Counted from the first letter of the stretch, positions 17,163-25,500 are shown. The stretch: 34,005 nucleotides of DNA from Candidatus Woesearchaeota archaeon (GCA_964607815.1 CAZSMI010000002.1:1-34005), one strand, 5' to 3'. Program-made: numbers and translations. The notes: generated by a model from the sequence alone, not told the origin.

Positions 17163-17332
17163 ACCTTCTGTTTTTTAATAGGTATTTAGCCACTAGTAGT
17201 AAACTTTAAGGAAAATCAATAAAATATTGTCGGTAATTGATAAATAAGCCAAAATATCCCAAAAATTATGAAAAAATTTCATCGTCGGGCTCTACCAATA
17301 GCTAAACAAATACGTTTTTTAGATGGTAAGAG

Positions 17333-17743
17333 TTATAGTTGACCAATATAATAGATACTTACAAGTTCTTCTTTGCCAATTCCTCCATAAATTTTTTTCA
17401 AAACTTCCAGTAGCTCTTCTTTACTTTTGAAACCATCTATTTTTGCATCTTCATCTGTTAGCTCAGAAATAGTTTTTATAGTAATTGTTTCTAAGGTTAT
17501 TGTTCCTTTTATTCTCTTCATTTCTTTATCGTCTTGGGAAGTTTCAAAAAGAGGCAAGTGGCGTGAAGAGGGATATCTCAAAAAACCTTTTTTGTATCTT
17601 ATTGTTGTTTTCTTTTCTTCAAGAAAAACCCTGCTCAAAAATTCTTTGTACATTAACATCTCATTATCTACCTTGAGCAAAATATCTGGGAAATCTTTTT
17701 TTAAATTTTCTTCGAGTTTCTCATTAATCTCATAAATTCTCAT
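17333..17743 (-). CDS. ASCH (PUA-like) domain protein
   Basis: 136 aa. EEKKTTIRYKKG and ELTDEDAKIDGFKSKEELLEVLKKIYGG...VSIYYI resemble the ASCH domain pattern. Confidence 0.5.
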   Translation of the reverse strand: MRIYEINEKLEENLKKDFPDILLKVDNEMLMYKEFLSRVFLEEKKTTIRYKKGFLRYPSSRHLPLFETSQDDKEMKRIKGTITLETITIKTISELTDEDAKIDGFKSKEELLEVLKKIYGGIGKEELVSIYYIGQL

Positions 17744-17751
17744 TTCCTAAT

Positions 17752-18024
17752 TTATCCTATGGCTCTTCTAAAATCTATTACTTGTACAGAATTAACATTA
17801 GATATTTTTGACAAGGCATTTTCCATCTTGTCTGTGCCTTCTTCTTCTTCTAGCGTTATTGTTAAAATCAATGCCTTGAGACCGAAAGCTATTTCTTGCT
17901 CCTCAGAAGAATGAAGTTTTGCTCCTGTTTTTTCTATTACCTTGATCGCATCTTCTTTTATTTTTTTCAAGTCTGCCTGAGGAGAAGAGGGCATTATTTT
18001 TATTTTTGCTATTGCAATTGCCAT
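17752..18024 (-). CDS. ef1b: Translation elongation factor aEF-1 beta
   Basis: 90 aa. KIKIMPSSPQADLKKIKEDA...EEQEIAFGLKALILTITLEEEEGTDKMENALSKISNVNSVQVIDFRR matches archaeal EF-1beta. Confidence 0.85.
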   Translation of the reverse strand: MAIAIAKIKIMPSSPQADLKKIKEDAIKVIEKTGAKLHSSEEQEIAFGLKALILTITLEEEEGTDKMENALSKISNVNSVQVIDFRRAIG

Positions 18025-18033
18025 TTTTGTTTT

Positions 18034-18180
18034 TTATGGACCTTCAAAATTGCAAGAGCATTTATACTTAGCAGAAATTTTCTTGCATCTCAAACATCTT
18101 GCTATTGGCTTTCCACATTTAGGACAAGGAAAAACAACTCCCTGCTTGCCTATTTCCTTTCCACATGATGAGCATTTCAT
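18034..18180 (-). CDS. Small Zn-ribbon protein (the family usually encoded just upstream of aEF-1beta in archaea)
   Basis: 48-aa ORF absent from the ORF track: MKCSSCGKEIGKQGVVFPCPKCGKPIARCLRCKKISAKYKCSCNFEGP. Multiple CxxC pairs. Lies 9 nt upstream of ef1b. Confidence 0.6.
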   Translation of the reverse strand: MKCSSCGKEIGKQGVVFPCPKCGKPIARCLRCKKISAKYKCSCNFEGP

Positions 18181-18210
18181 ATTTCAAGTTTGTAAAGTAG
18201 ATTTATAAAA

Positions 18211-19680
18211 TTATCTTCTTCCAGTTAAAATTTCTTCTAAGTCCTTTATTGCAGGAGGAAATCCATATTTTCCAAATCCACACAAAGCAAGATTGTGAAT
18301 ATCATCAACCGCATTTTTATTTCCTTGTACAATAATATCTATCATCCTGATATTTTCATCTTTTTTCAAGGAGTTTCTAAGGCTGTCTAGTATTTTTGTA
18401 ATAAGTCCAGAATCATATTTTTTCCCATCAATAACAACTTCTGGATTTTCCTTTTTTATAGACTCTGTTATTGTATTGAGAGAAACAGAGATATCTGTTT
18501 GCATATCCTTGATTTCGAGAACATGACCAACAGCATCGAGAGTTTCGAGTATGTCACTTGCATTATATTTCTTGTTTCCTACTTCGAAAAAAACATTTCC
18601 ACCATGTTTTTCTACTATTTTTTTGATGAGAGTTGCAGGCCTTAAATGGATACCGTCAGCACCAACAGGAATTCTTAGTTTTTCACGGGCAATTCCAGCA
18701 TGGTCTCTCAACAGATCAGATGCAATATTTTTCATACGAAAAATATATTTTGTAGCATATTTCAGATTAAAGTTTTCTATGCTGTTCATAACATCAGAAG
18801 AATTTATCAATTTGGATATCCTTTCTCTTGTCTCATCATGTCTTATAGAAGATTCATGTCTCTCATAAAAATGTACTAAATCAGTGGCAGTTTCAAAAAG
18901 ATGTAGTGAAATCGAAATTTTTCCTCTTAGCCTAGAAAATCTCTTATCATCTTTTTCCATGAACGTATCTGTTATATATGTATCATACCTTGTTTGAAGG
19001 TCATGACAGCTTGTCACAAATTTATCAATTTTTTCTTCTTTTATCTCTTTTTTTTCTAGAAATTCCTCGAGAGAGTGACCAATCCTTATACAATCAACAA
19101 GAACATTCTCAATTTCTTCTTTTTCTGTTTCTGTTAGTTCTATATTATATGGCAACTTGCTAGTTATTGGCTCATCTAAAAACCCTCTTTCTTCTATTTT
19201 TTTTCTTGTTATATTAAAAAAATTTTTTGCTTCTTTCTCTGTCTCTTTGTACAATAGCCTTATGCTTTCGTCATAAAATTTAAGATTTTTTTCAAGGTCA
19301 TAAAAAAACTCCCTCTTCTCTTTTTCTTTATCACCTAAATTATAACTATCATATCTTTTTTCTATATGCATCATTGGAGTTATTGCTTTTGCTAGCCATC
19401 TTGTTGACGCAACAAGCTCACGGAAAAAAACAAATTTTTTGTTTTCTTTTGCTCCGTAATGGTCAAGAAAAGTTTTTAGGTTGTGGGATATTGCCCTGAG
19501 CTCAGAATAGAAAGCTCCGCTCAGCTTGCTGTAATCCTCTTCTTTCATAAAATTTCCTATTCTAAAAAATCTCTCACTTTTCTTTTCTAGTTTTCTTACA
19601 AATGCTTCTTCGTAAGGAGAAATTTTTTCTTCTTTTTTTCTCGAGAACATCTTTCCCAAATCTACCATGAGTTTTACCAT
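18211..19680 (-). CDS. Hypothetical protein with C-terminal HPr-like (phosphocarrier fold) domain
   Basis: 489 aa. Residues about 334-411 (nt 18448-18681) read KLRIPVGADGIHLRPATLIKKIVEKHGGNVFFEVGNKKYNASDILETLDAVGHVLEIK. This parallels HPr: GLH-ARPA with the active His, and an NA-S-x-I helix at the Ser46 position. The N-terminal ~330 aa are helical and unrecognised. Confidence 0.55.
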   Translation of the reverse strand: MVKLMVDLGKMFSRKKEEKISPYEEAFVRKLEKKSERFFRIGNFMKEEDYSKLSGAFYSELRAISHNLKTFLDHYGAKENKKFVFFRELVASTRWLAKAITPMMHIEKRYDSYNLGDKEKEKREFFYDLEKNLKFYDESIRLLYKETEKEAKNFFNITRKKIEERGFLDEPITSKLPYNIELTETEKEEIENVLVDCIRIGHSLEEFLEKKEIKEEKIDKFVTSCHDLQTRYDTYITDTFMEKDDKRFSRLRGKISISLHLFETATDLVHFYERHESSIRHDETRERISKLINSSDVMNSIENFNLKYATKYIFRMKNIASDLLRDHAGIAREKLRIPVGADGIHLRPATLIKKIVEKHGGNVFFEVGNKKYNASDILETLDAVGHVLEIKDMQTDISVSLNTITESIKKENPEVVIDGKKYDSGLITKILDSLRNSLKKDENIRMIDIIVQGNKNAVDDIHNLALCGFGKYGFPPAIKDLEEILTGRR

Positions 19681-19692
19681 TTTCCAATTTGA

Positions 19693-19786
19693 TGCCCCTA
19701 CCGAGATTTGAACTCGGGTTAGGACCTTTCTGCTTCTAATTTTTTATCCGCGGGGTCCTGTCTTATCCAAATTAGACCATAGGGGC
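19693..19786 (-). tRNA. tRNA-Arg (anticodon GCG) with a 20-nt intron at canonical position 37/38
   Basis: Hand fold of the minus strand: acceptor GCCCCTA/TAGGGGC, D arm GTCT-AATTTGGATA-AGAC, anticodon stem GGACC/GGTCC enclosing CCGCGG + intron ATAAAAAATTAGAAGCAGAA (plus-strand 19728-19747) + A, T arm CCGAG-TTCAAAT-CTCGG, discriminator A. 94 nt = 74 + 20. Confidence 0.8.
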
Positions 19787-19806
19787 TAACAAGAGAAAAA
19801 GAAAGA

Positions 19807-19818
19807 ATATATTTATAT
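19807..19818 (-). promoter_or_regulatory. TATA-like box for tRNA-Arg
   Basis: The minus strand reads ATATAAATATAT 21-32 nt upstream of tRNA position 1 (19786). Confidence 0.4.
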
Positions 19819-19881
19819 CTTGTGCTTCAGAAAATTTGTAAATCTAAAGAGGTTATCTTTTACATTAATATCTTATCAATT

Positions 19882-20856
19882 TTATTCCTTGTCTGACAAG
19901 CCTTCTTTTGTGATAAAGAAAAGTGCTTCTGATTCTGGCAAGTTAGGAGAGTCAATAAGTTTTGCAACTCTTGAGCCTTTTTTTCCTCTTCTCAAATACA
20001 GTCTGAATGTGCTGGCGTGTCCCAAAATATGGCCTCCAATTGCAGTAGTAGGATCACCAAACATTATAGCAGGATTTGCCATTACTTGATTTGTTACATA
20101 AACTGCTAGATTATATTTTTCAGCAAGTCTTCCAAGATCATGTAAATGTCTGTTTAACCTTTGCTGCCTGTCTGCTAGCATTCCTCTTCCTGTAAATTCT
20201 GCGCGAAAATGTGCAATCAAAGAATCAACAACAACAAGTTTGATTGGTTCTCCTTTTGTAATAAGGTCAGCAACTTTTTCTACAAGCAACATTTGATGAT
20301 CACTATTAAAAGCTCTAGCTATCATTATGTTTTTCAAAACTTTTTCTGGATTTGCTCCTATACCTTCTGCTATTTGCTTGATTCTTTCTGGCCTGAATGT
20401 GCCTTCTGTGTCTATGAAAACTGCCTTGCCAGCTGCACCACCTTTTTCTTTTGGTAACTGAACATTTACTGCCAAGGCAAAACCAAGCTGGCTTTTTCCA
20501 GAACCATAAGCACCAAAAGTTTCTGTTATTGCTTTTGTTTCTATTCCCTTTCCACCAAGAAGATTATCAAAATTTTTGCTTCCTGTTGTAATTGTCAAAA
20601 CTTCTCCTCTCTTTTTAAGATATTGAGAAGCATCCTGAAAACCTAAATCAAGCATTTTTCTTGCTGCTTGTATAGCTTTCCTTGCTACTGCCTCGCTTAT
20701 ACCACTTGTATTACTTAACTCAGCAGGAGCCAAGACAGCTATGCTCATCAAATCACTTATGCCAGCTGATTCTAGTTTAGCAGCCACAGTAGGGCCAATA
20801 CCTGGCAAATCAGTAATCTTGTATTCTTTCTTTCTTTCCTTTTCTTTTTCTACCAT
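19882..20856 (-). CDS. radA: DNA repair and recombination protein RadA
   Basis: 324 aa. N-terminal HhH region [20 protein letters not shown], Walker [11 protein letters not shown], Walker B LVVVDSL, and the C-terminal GGHILGHAS motif. Confidence 0.92.
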   Translation of the reverse strand: MVEKEKERKKEYKITDLPGIGPTVAAKLESAGISDLMSIAVLAPAELSNTSGISEAVARKAIQAARKMLDLGFQDASQYLKKRGEVLTITTGSKNFDNLLGGKGIETKAITETFGAYGSGKSQLGFALAVNVQLPKEKGGAAGKAVFIDTEGTFRPERIKQIAEGIGANPEKVLKNIMIARAFNSDHQMLLVEKVADLITKGEPIKLVVVDSLIAHFRAEFTGRGMLADRQQRLNRHLHDLGRLAEKYNLAVYVTNQVMANPAIMFGDPTTAIGGHILGHASTFRLYLRRGKKGSRVAKLIDSPNLPESEALFFITKEGLSDKE

Positions 20857-20877
20857 AATGAAAAGAAGTTTTGAGCA

Positions 20878-20886
20878 TTTATAAAG
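20878..20886 (-). promoter_or_regulatory. TATA-like box for radA
   Basis: The minus strand reads CTTTATAAA 22-30 nt upstream of ATG 20856. Confidence 0.4.
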
Positions 20887-20956
20887 ATTATTCTATTTTG
20901 TAATATGGTTTTGTTTATTCTCTAAAAAACATCCAATTTACTCTCACTTATAAATT

Positions 20957-21361
20957 TTATTTTACAAAAAGAAGGATAGAGAAAATTATAATCAATAGCA
21001 AAAGAAAATAAAATAAGATTGTTTCTTTGAAGCTTCCTGTTTTGAGCTTTCCTTTTATTTTCCATTGCAAAGGCCAAAAAGGCATTATTCCTTGAGGAGT
21101 AAAGCTGTCTGCAAGCAAATGCAAGGAGTAGCCTATCAAAAAAGGCAATGCTATATTCCAACTTGCAAGTGTCAAGAAAAAAGTCAAAAGAAGACAGAAA
21201 GTAAAGCTGTGTAAAAATTTTCTATGAAAAAAATGCAAATCGAGGTCTGGCAAGAGAGTTGCTATAAAAAGAATAAAAAGAAAAATTATTTTCTCATGCA
21301 AATATGGAAAAATTATTATGGCAAGTAAAATGGCAAGAGCAAGATGTGTCCTAAATAACAT
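20957..21361 (-). CDS. Membrane-bound metal-dependent hydrolase-like protein (YdjM/DUF457-type)
   Basis: 134 aa, about four TM helices. MLFRTHLALAIL, LLPDLD and HRKFLHS resemble the DUF457 family pattern. Confidence 0.5.
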   Translation of the reverse strand: MLFRTHLALAILLAIIIFPYLHEKIIFLFILFIATLLPDLDLHFFHRKFLHSFTFCLLLTFFLTLASWNIALPFLIGYSLHLLADSFTPQGIMPFWPLQWKIKGKLKTGSFKETILFYFLLLLIIIFSILLFVK

Positions 21362-21365
21362 TTGA

Positions 21366-22319
21366 CTATTGTTTTTGCATTTCTTCTATTAGTTTTTCTG
21401 GGTTCACTTTACTGATAGCGGAGACAATGAATTCTTTTCTTTCAAATAGCTTATTTTGCCTACATCTTCCAGAAAAGAAATATTCTTTTCCAAGTAAGTT
21501 TTCCTTTTTTTCGAGAAAAAAATCTGGATTTTTCAATTTCTCACTTTGGCCTTCACATTGCAAAATTTTGCTTGCTATATCACCAAAACATACTGCCCTT
21601 ATATTAGCCGAGCCATCATCAAGTGTCAAGGAAAATAAAAACCTGTGATTTGGAATAACATTTCCGTGTTTTACACAAAAAAACTTTTCTCCTTGCTTGT
21701 CTATTTTTATTCCACATTCAGGACAGACAGGAAAAAATCTTGGCTCAAATGTCTGCACAACAGATGCCCTAATTTTCATCCTCTCGTTAACATTCAATTC
21801 AGAAATTTTTTTTGTTGGTAAAATTTCTTCTTCTACTACATTTTCAATAACAGATTTGCTTAACTTGAGCTCTGATAAGCTTCCTAAATGTAATTCATTT
21901 CCCCTAACAGAAGCATTTTTTATTTCCACTACACTGCCTAATTTTATTTTTCCTTCTTCTATCAACTTTATGTGATTTGTGTCCCATAACACAACTCTTG
22001 TGCTGGCAGTATCATCTGCTAACAAGAAACTTGCTACCTTGCTTTCATTCTTTGCAGTTTTGTATTGCCTTATAGGATATAATTGCAAAATCTTGCCCTC
22101 AACTCCTGCTTTTCTCATCCCGCCAAGCAACTCAGCTATCTTAACTTTTTGCTTGTCAAAATCTATTCCAAGTTCGGCTGCTACTACTTGCGCAGCTCCT
22201 TCCTCACTTATTAAGCCAGATAATTTGGCTCTTTTTGCTTCTATTTTTCTCTTGACCTCAGCAAGAGAAAGGCCAGATCTTTGGGTTATTCTTTCAACAA
22301 GTCGTTCAAATTTATCCAT
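21366..22319 (-). CDS. rpa: Replication protein A-like ssDNA-binding protein (OB folds + Zn ribbon)
   Basis: 317 aa. N-terminal helical RITQRSGLSLAEVKRKIEAKRAKLSGLISEEGAAQVVAAELGI, OB-fold-like repeats, and the Zn ribbon FFPVCPECGIKIDKQGEKFFCVKHG, as in euryarchaeal-type RPA. Confidence 0.65.
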   Translation of the reverse strand: MDKFERLVERITQRSGLSLAEVKRKIEAKRAKLSGLISEEGAAQVVAAELGIDFDKQKVKIAELLGGMRKAGVEGKILQLYPIRQYKTAKNESKVASFLLADDTASTRVVLWDTNHIKLIEEGKIKLGSVVEIKNASVRGNELHLGSLSELKLSKSVIENVVEEEILPTKKISELNVNERMKIRASVVQTFEPRFFPVCPECGIKIDKQGEKFFCVKHGNVIPNHRFLFSLTLDDGSANIRAVCFGDIASKILQCEGQSEKLKNPDFFLEKKENLLGKEYFFSGRCRQNKLFERKEFIVSAISKVNPEKLIEEMQKQ

Positions 22320-22340
22320 GTAAGGAACAAGAAAAAAAGA

Positions 22341-22348
22341 TTTATAAG
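22341..22348 (-). promoter_or_regulatory. TATA-like box for rpa
   Basis: The minus strand reads CTTATAAA 22-29 nt upstream of ATG 22319. Confidence 0.4.
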
Positions 22349-22379
22349 CATTATGTTAGTACAAAATGTTAATACAAAA

Positions 22380-23138
22380 CTATTTTTCAAGTGCAAATTT
22401 TATTTCTATGGGAGCAAATTTCTCTTTCTCGTCAGTAAAAAAGAAGCTTTTTTTTGTTTTGATATCAAAAAACAAATAACCGTTTTTGGTAACAACAACA
22501 GAATAATTTTCATTTTCCATGCATTTTTCAAGTTCTGTCTCTGCCTTGCATCCCTTGGCTTTTTCATACAAAAAGATAAAGTCTTCTGGTTTCAATTCGA
22601 GTTCGAGCTCAAAAGAAAAATCCGGTCTGTATCTTGCAGAGTGGGGAAAATCTTTTCCTACTGGAGATAATATAACTTCTTTCTCTTCTGCTTTTGCAAC
22701 AAGATTATCGCCCTCAATTAAAAATTCATAATCTGTAACAAAATCTTTATCTGGATAGCTTTCTAAAAATTTAATAAAATTTTCGTTAATGTGAAAAAGA
22801 AATTTTTCTTCAAGTTCCTCTTTTGATAATATACATTCATCTTTTATAACCATATAACCAGAAAAAACTTGGCAATTGGCAAAATCTTGATTTTCTGCAA
22901 TTTCTTGAAAAGCTTGCTGGCTTGTAAGTTTTGTGCTCTGCTTAGCATAAAAAACAAACCGATCAGTTTCATCATAAAGTTCAATTAGTCCAGAAGGTGT
23001 TGTTATTAGAAGTGAAACTTTGTTCTCTACCGTAATAAAGGTGAATAAGGCATAGCCAACCAAAATAACGGTCGCTATTGCTATGAAAAATGCAAAAGCC
23101 TGGGCTTTTTTGTTTTTTCTCTGCATTGGTATTAACAT
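22380..23138 (-). CDS. Pilin-like protein (class III signal-like N-terminus), function unknown
   Basis: 252 aa. The N-terminus MQRKNKKAQAFAFFIAIATVILVGYALF is followed by a soluble domain with no recognised motif. Confidence 0.55.
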   Translation of the reverse strand: MLIPMQRKNKKAQAFAFFIAIATVILVGYALFTFITVENKVSLLITTPSGLIELYDETDRFVFYAKQSTKLTSQQAFQEIAENQDFANCQVFSGYMVIKDECILSKEELEEKFLFHINENFIKFLESYPDKDFVTDYEFLIEGDNLVAKAEEKEVILSPVGKDFPHSARYRPDFSFELELELKPEDFIFLYEKAKGCKAETELEKCMENENYSVVVTKNGYLFFDIKTKKSFFFTDEKEKFAPIEIKFALEK

Positions 23139-23161
23139 TTTTTTAATTTTTTCAGTTTATT

Positions 23162-23716
23162 TTATTTTAATTTTTTCGAGCATTCGCTGTCCAAAAGCAG
23201 TCTTGTTTTGATTATTCTTGCTCCTAGAACAGGGACTATCACTTCAGCATAATTCTTGAAAACGAGACCTGTGTTGCCTACTATAAGGTTGCCAGATTCT
23301 TTTATATCCGGATCATAGTAAGGATTTTTATAATCTCTATCTCGCATATAGTAAGGAATCCTAAATTGATAACAGTTTCCATAAATACCAAAAATTTTTT
23401 CTGTTTCTTCTTTTAGTATTGGTTCATAAGATCTATCTAAACCATACAAAAGAATAAGATCTGAAAAAGTTATCTCTTGTTCTTTTCCATCAATCATGAC
23501 AGTTACAGAACTTTGTAAATAAGTTTCAAGAACCTCAAGACTAGGAATTTTATCATACAAAATTTTTGCTTGTTTTGCAGAAGGCCTTATTTTTATAGCC
23601 TGAGTTGCAATAAAAAAAATTATCAATATAAGGCCTACAACTATTGTTGCTGCAATGATTGTAATTGTTGTCCCAATTGCCCTTTTATCTTTTATTTTTT
23701 TAAACATTTTTTTCAA
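23162..23716 (-). CDS. Pilin-like protein (class III signal-like N-terminus)
   Basis: 184 aa. N-terminus KIKDKRAIGTTITIIAATIVVGLILIIFF. The start could be 23716 or 23707. Confidence 0.55.
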   Translation of the reverse strand: MKKMFKKIKDKRAIGTTITIIAATIVVGLILIIFFIATQAIKIRPSAKQAKILYDKIPSLEVLETYLQSSVTVMIDGKEQEITFSDLILLYGLDRSYEPILKEETEKIFGIYGNCYQFRIPYYMRDRDYKNPYYDPDIKESGNLIVGNTGLVFKNYAEVIVPVLGARIIKTRLLLDSECSKKLK

Positions 23717-24236
23717 ATTTTCTTATTCCAATTAGCAATTCAAGCATGTTTTTTCCAGCAAGAAGATATTTTTGTTCCAGGCACTCAAGAGGATATTTCA
23801 TTTTTTTCTCTAGCTTGCAATAAACTTCAAAATCTTTGTTGCCAAGGACATCACTCTCTGCAACTTTTGTTTTATCTTCTTCAAAAAGAGTTGCACTAAT
23901 GTAATACTCTTTCTTATCAATTCTCAGATTGCATTTTTCAATATCTAATTCATGCAAAACACCATTTTTTATCAAGCATTCACTTACTTGTTTTGCAAGT
24001 AACTGTGCTTCTGCTTTTCTTATATCACACTCTTTTGAGTAAAAGCTTGCAACAGTTCCTGCTATAACCAAAACTATGATTATAAGGAGAAAAAAACGAG
24101 CAAGCATCAAGGGAATCTCTTTTCCTATCAATTGTGCTTTTTTATTTTTTAAATTATCTAAATATCGATAAAACGACATAACCCTCTTTTTTTCATTATC
24201 AATTTTGTTTCCTATTTTCATTTTTATTTTTATCAA
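23700..24236 (-). CDS. Pilin-like protein (class III signal-like N-terminus)
   Basis: 178-aa ORF. The motif LKNKKAQLIGKEIPLMLARFFLLIIIVLVIAG lies 30 residues in, so the true start is probably the internal ATG at 24179 (MSFYRYLDNLKNKKAQ...). Confidence 0.5.
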   Translation of the reverse strand: MIKIKMKIGNKIDNEKKRVMSFYRYLDNLKNKKAQLIGKEIPLMLARFFLLIIIVLVIAGTVASFYSKECDIRKAEAQLLAKQVSECLIKNGVLHELDIEKCNLRIDKKEYYISATLFEEDKTKVAESDVLGNKDFEVYCKLEKKMKYPLECLEQKYLLAGKNMLELLIGIRKFEKNV

Positions 24237-24583
24237 CTTATTTTTATCAAAACACGAGCATCTTTTTTTTCTATTTCAATATGATAAGGAGAAAAAAAAT
24301 CATAAGAATATCCTGTTTTTTCTTTCTCACTTACTTTTACATTGTTTCCTTCTATAACAAGAGAAAAATTTCCCGTGTAGAGGGTTATTTCTGTTTTTGG
24401 TCTTGCAGCATCTATCAACAAAGCAGCTTGTTTTGCAAGCACTTGCTGTTCAAGTAATTTTCCAGAAGCTGCTGTTCTTATGAAAAGGAGCAATGACGCA
24501 AAAACTGCCAAGGCTATAACAAGAAAAATTATAAAGCTAAGCAAAGATTCTTGTGCCCTCTTCCCTTTTTCTCCTCTTTTCAT
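24233..24583 (-). CDS. Pilin-like protein (class III signal-like N-terminus)
   Basis: N-terminus MKRGEKGKRAQESLLSFIIFLVIALAVFASLLLF. The ORF-track start at 24592 is a TTG. ATG 24583 sits 21-28 nt downstream of a TATA-like box and is preferred. Confidence 0.6.
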   Translation of the reverse strand: MKRGEKGKRAQESLLSFIIFLVIALAVFASLLLFIRTAASGKLLEQQVLAKQAALLIDAARPKTEITLYTGNFSLVIEGNNVKVSEKEKTGYSYDFFSPYHIEIEKKDARVLIKIS

Positions 24584-24603
24584 TCTAAACAAAAGAAAAA
24601 GGA

Positions 24604-24611
24604 ATTAATAA
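24604..24611 (-). promoter_or_regulatory. TATA-like box (GATTTATTAATTCC) for the 116-aa pilin-like gene
   Basis: The minus strand reads TTTATTAA 21-28 nt upstream of ATG 24583. The longer GATTTATTAATTCC context overlaps the stop codon of the upstream gene. Confidence 0.4.
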
Positions 24612-24614
24612 ATC

Positions 24615-25415
24615 TTATGGGATGGTTTGAATATCTGTACAACCGATAGAATAAATTTGTTCTGGTTTAAATTCTATTATGTTGAGCAAAGCAGAAAACT
24701 CCGGTATTTCATAAAGCCCTTTTTCTCTAAAATAACCGTCAAGAGCTTCTTCTGATAAAGCACCAGCAACAGAAGCCAGAATTATCGGAATGCCTCCAGT
24801 ACATGCTGCCACTACCCCTACAGCAACTCCTGCAGCAGTCATTTTAAATAGACGATTGTGGATAAAGGTAGGTTCTCCTACTAATACTATAACAGCGTAG
24901 TTTTTGTCTGTATCAATAATTATTTTTTCTTTTGCTTCATTACTAAAGTACTCCATAAAAGTTATATCCTTGCCAGCAATTTTTGTTTTATTCAAAAAAT
25001 CAAACAAATCAACCTTTTTCCTTTTTGCTTTTTCTTCAAAATATATAGTTGAACAAATCATACAATGATTTTTTGTGAAAAATTCTCCTGGAAAAAAATC
25101 TAGCTTTCCCTCCCCTAACATCCACCAGCAATCATACATAGCATTTGCAATTTTTTTCTTTATTATTTCCTCGTCTTCATCATAAATCACAATCGATTCT
25201 GTTTTGCATTTCAAGGAAACTGTTTTTCTTAAAATGGTACCTAGAGGTCCTTTGATAGACCTTGACAAAACACTTTGATGACATGTTTCTTTGTCAATAA
25301 CCTCTGTCCATCCAATCTGGTTTATAAAAAGTATTATTATCCCAAAACAGATTACTGCAACAATAATGCCAATAAGCATTTTTGCTTCTATTCCTTTTTT
25401 GTCTTTTAGTTTCAT
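24615..25415 (-). CDS. Pilin-like membrane protein (class III signal-like N-terminus plus a C-proximal TM segment)
   Basis: 266 aa. N-terminus MKLKDKKGIEAKMLIGIIVAVICFGIIILF, with a second hydrophobic stretch AAGVAVGVVAACTGGIPIILASVAGAL. Confidence 0.55.
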   Translation of the reverse strand: MKLKDKKGIEAKMLIGIIVAVICFGIIILFINQIGWTEVIDKETCHQSVLSRSIKGPLGTILRKTVSLKCKTESIVIYDEDEEIIKKKIANAMYDCWWMLGEGKLDFFPGEFFTKNHCMICSTIYFEEKAKRKKVDLFDFLNKTKIAGKDITFMEYFSNEAKEKIIIDTDKNYAVIVLVGEPTFIHNRLFKMTAAGVAVGVVAACTGGIPIILASVAGALSEEALDGYFREKGLYEIPEFSALLNIIEFKPEQIYSIGCTDIQTIP

Positions 25416-25463
25416 TTTTTATTTGGTAAGAGGACTAACTAATAAGTTCTTTATCTTCTTTAT

Positions 25464-25500
25464 CTTATTTTTTATCAAGGCGTTTGAATTAATAAATTTA
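25464..25500 (-). promoter_or_regulatory. Conserved 37-nt promoter block, copy A (paralogue at 27702-27738)
   Basis: The minus strand reads TAAATTTATTAATTCAAACGCCTTGATAAAAAATAAG. By hand alignment, 30 of 37 positions match copy B. The TATA-like TTTATTAA lies 74-81 nt upstream of ATG 25415. Confidence 0.45.

Noticed and set aside
17283-17306. tRNA-like D-arm sequence (minus strand TTTAGCTATTGGTAGAGCCCGACG) in the otherwise unexplained ~160-nt spacer between the ASCH and HIT-like genes; considered as a split or degenerate tRNA
   Set aside because: There is no complementary anticodon-stem strand, no T arm, and the would-be acceptor stem is all A/T. The adjacent ATGAAA-TTT-TTTCAT hairpin does not complete a cloverleaf. 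At most this is a decayed remnant.
18163-18172. C-box-like ATGATGA on the plus strand, considered as a possible C/D-box sRNA
   Set aside because: It lies inside the Zn-ribbon CDS on the opposite strand, and no suitably spaced D box or terminal stem was found.
20922-21161. 79-aa ORF overlapping the DUF457-type gene
   Set aside because: It is an alternative frame of the same strand region. The 134-aa frame gives coherent TM helices and family motifs.
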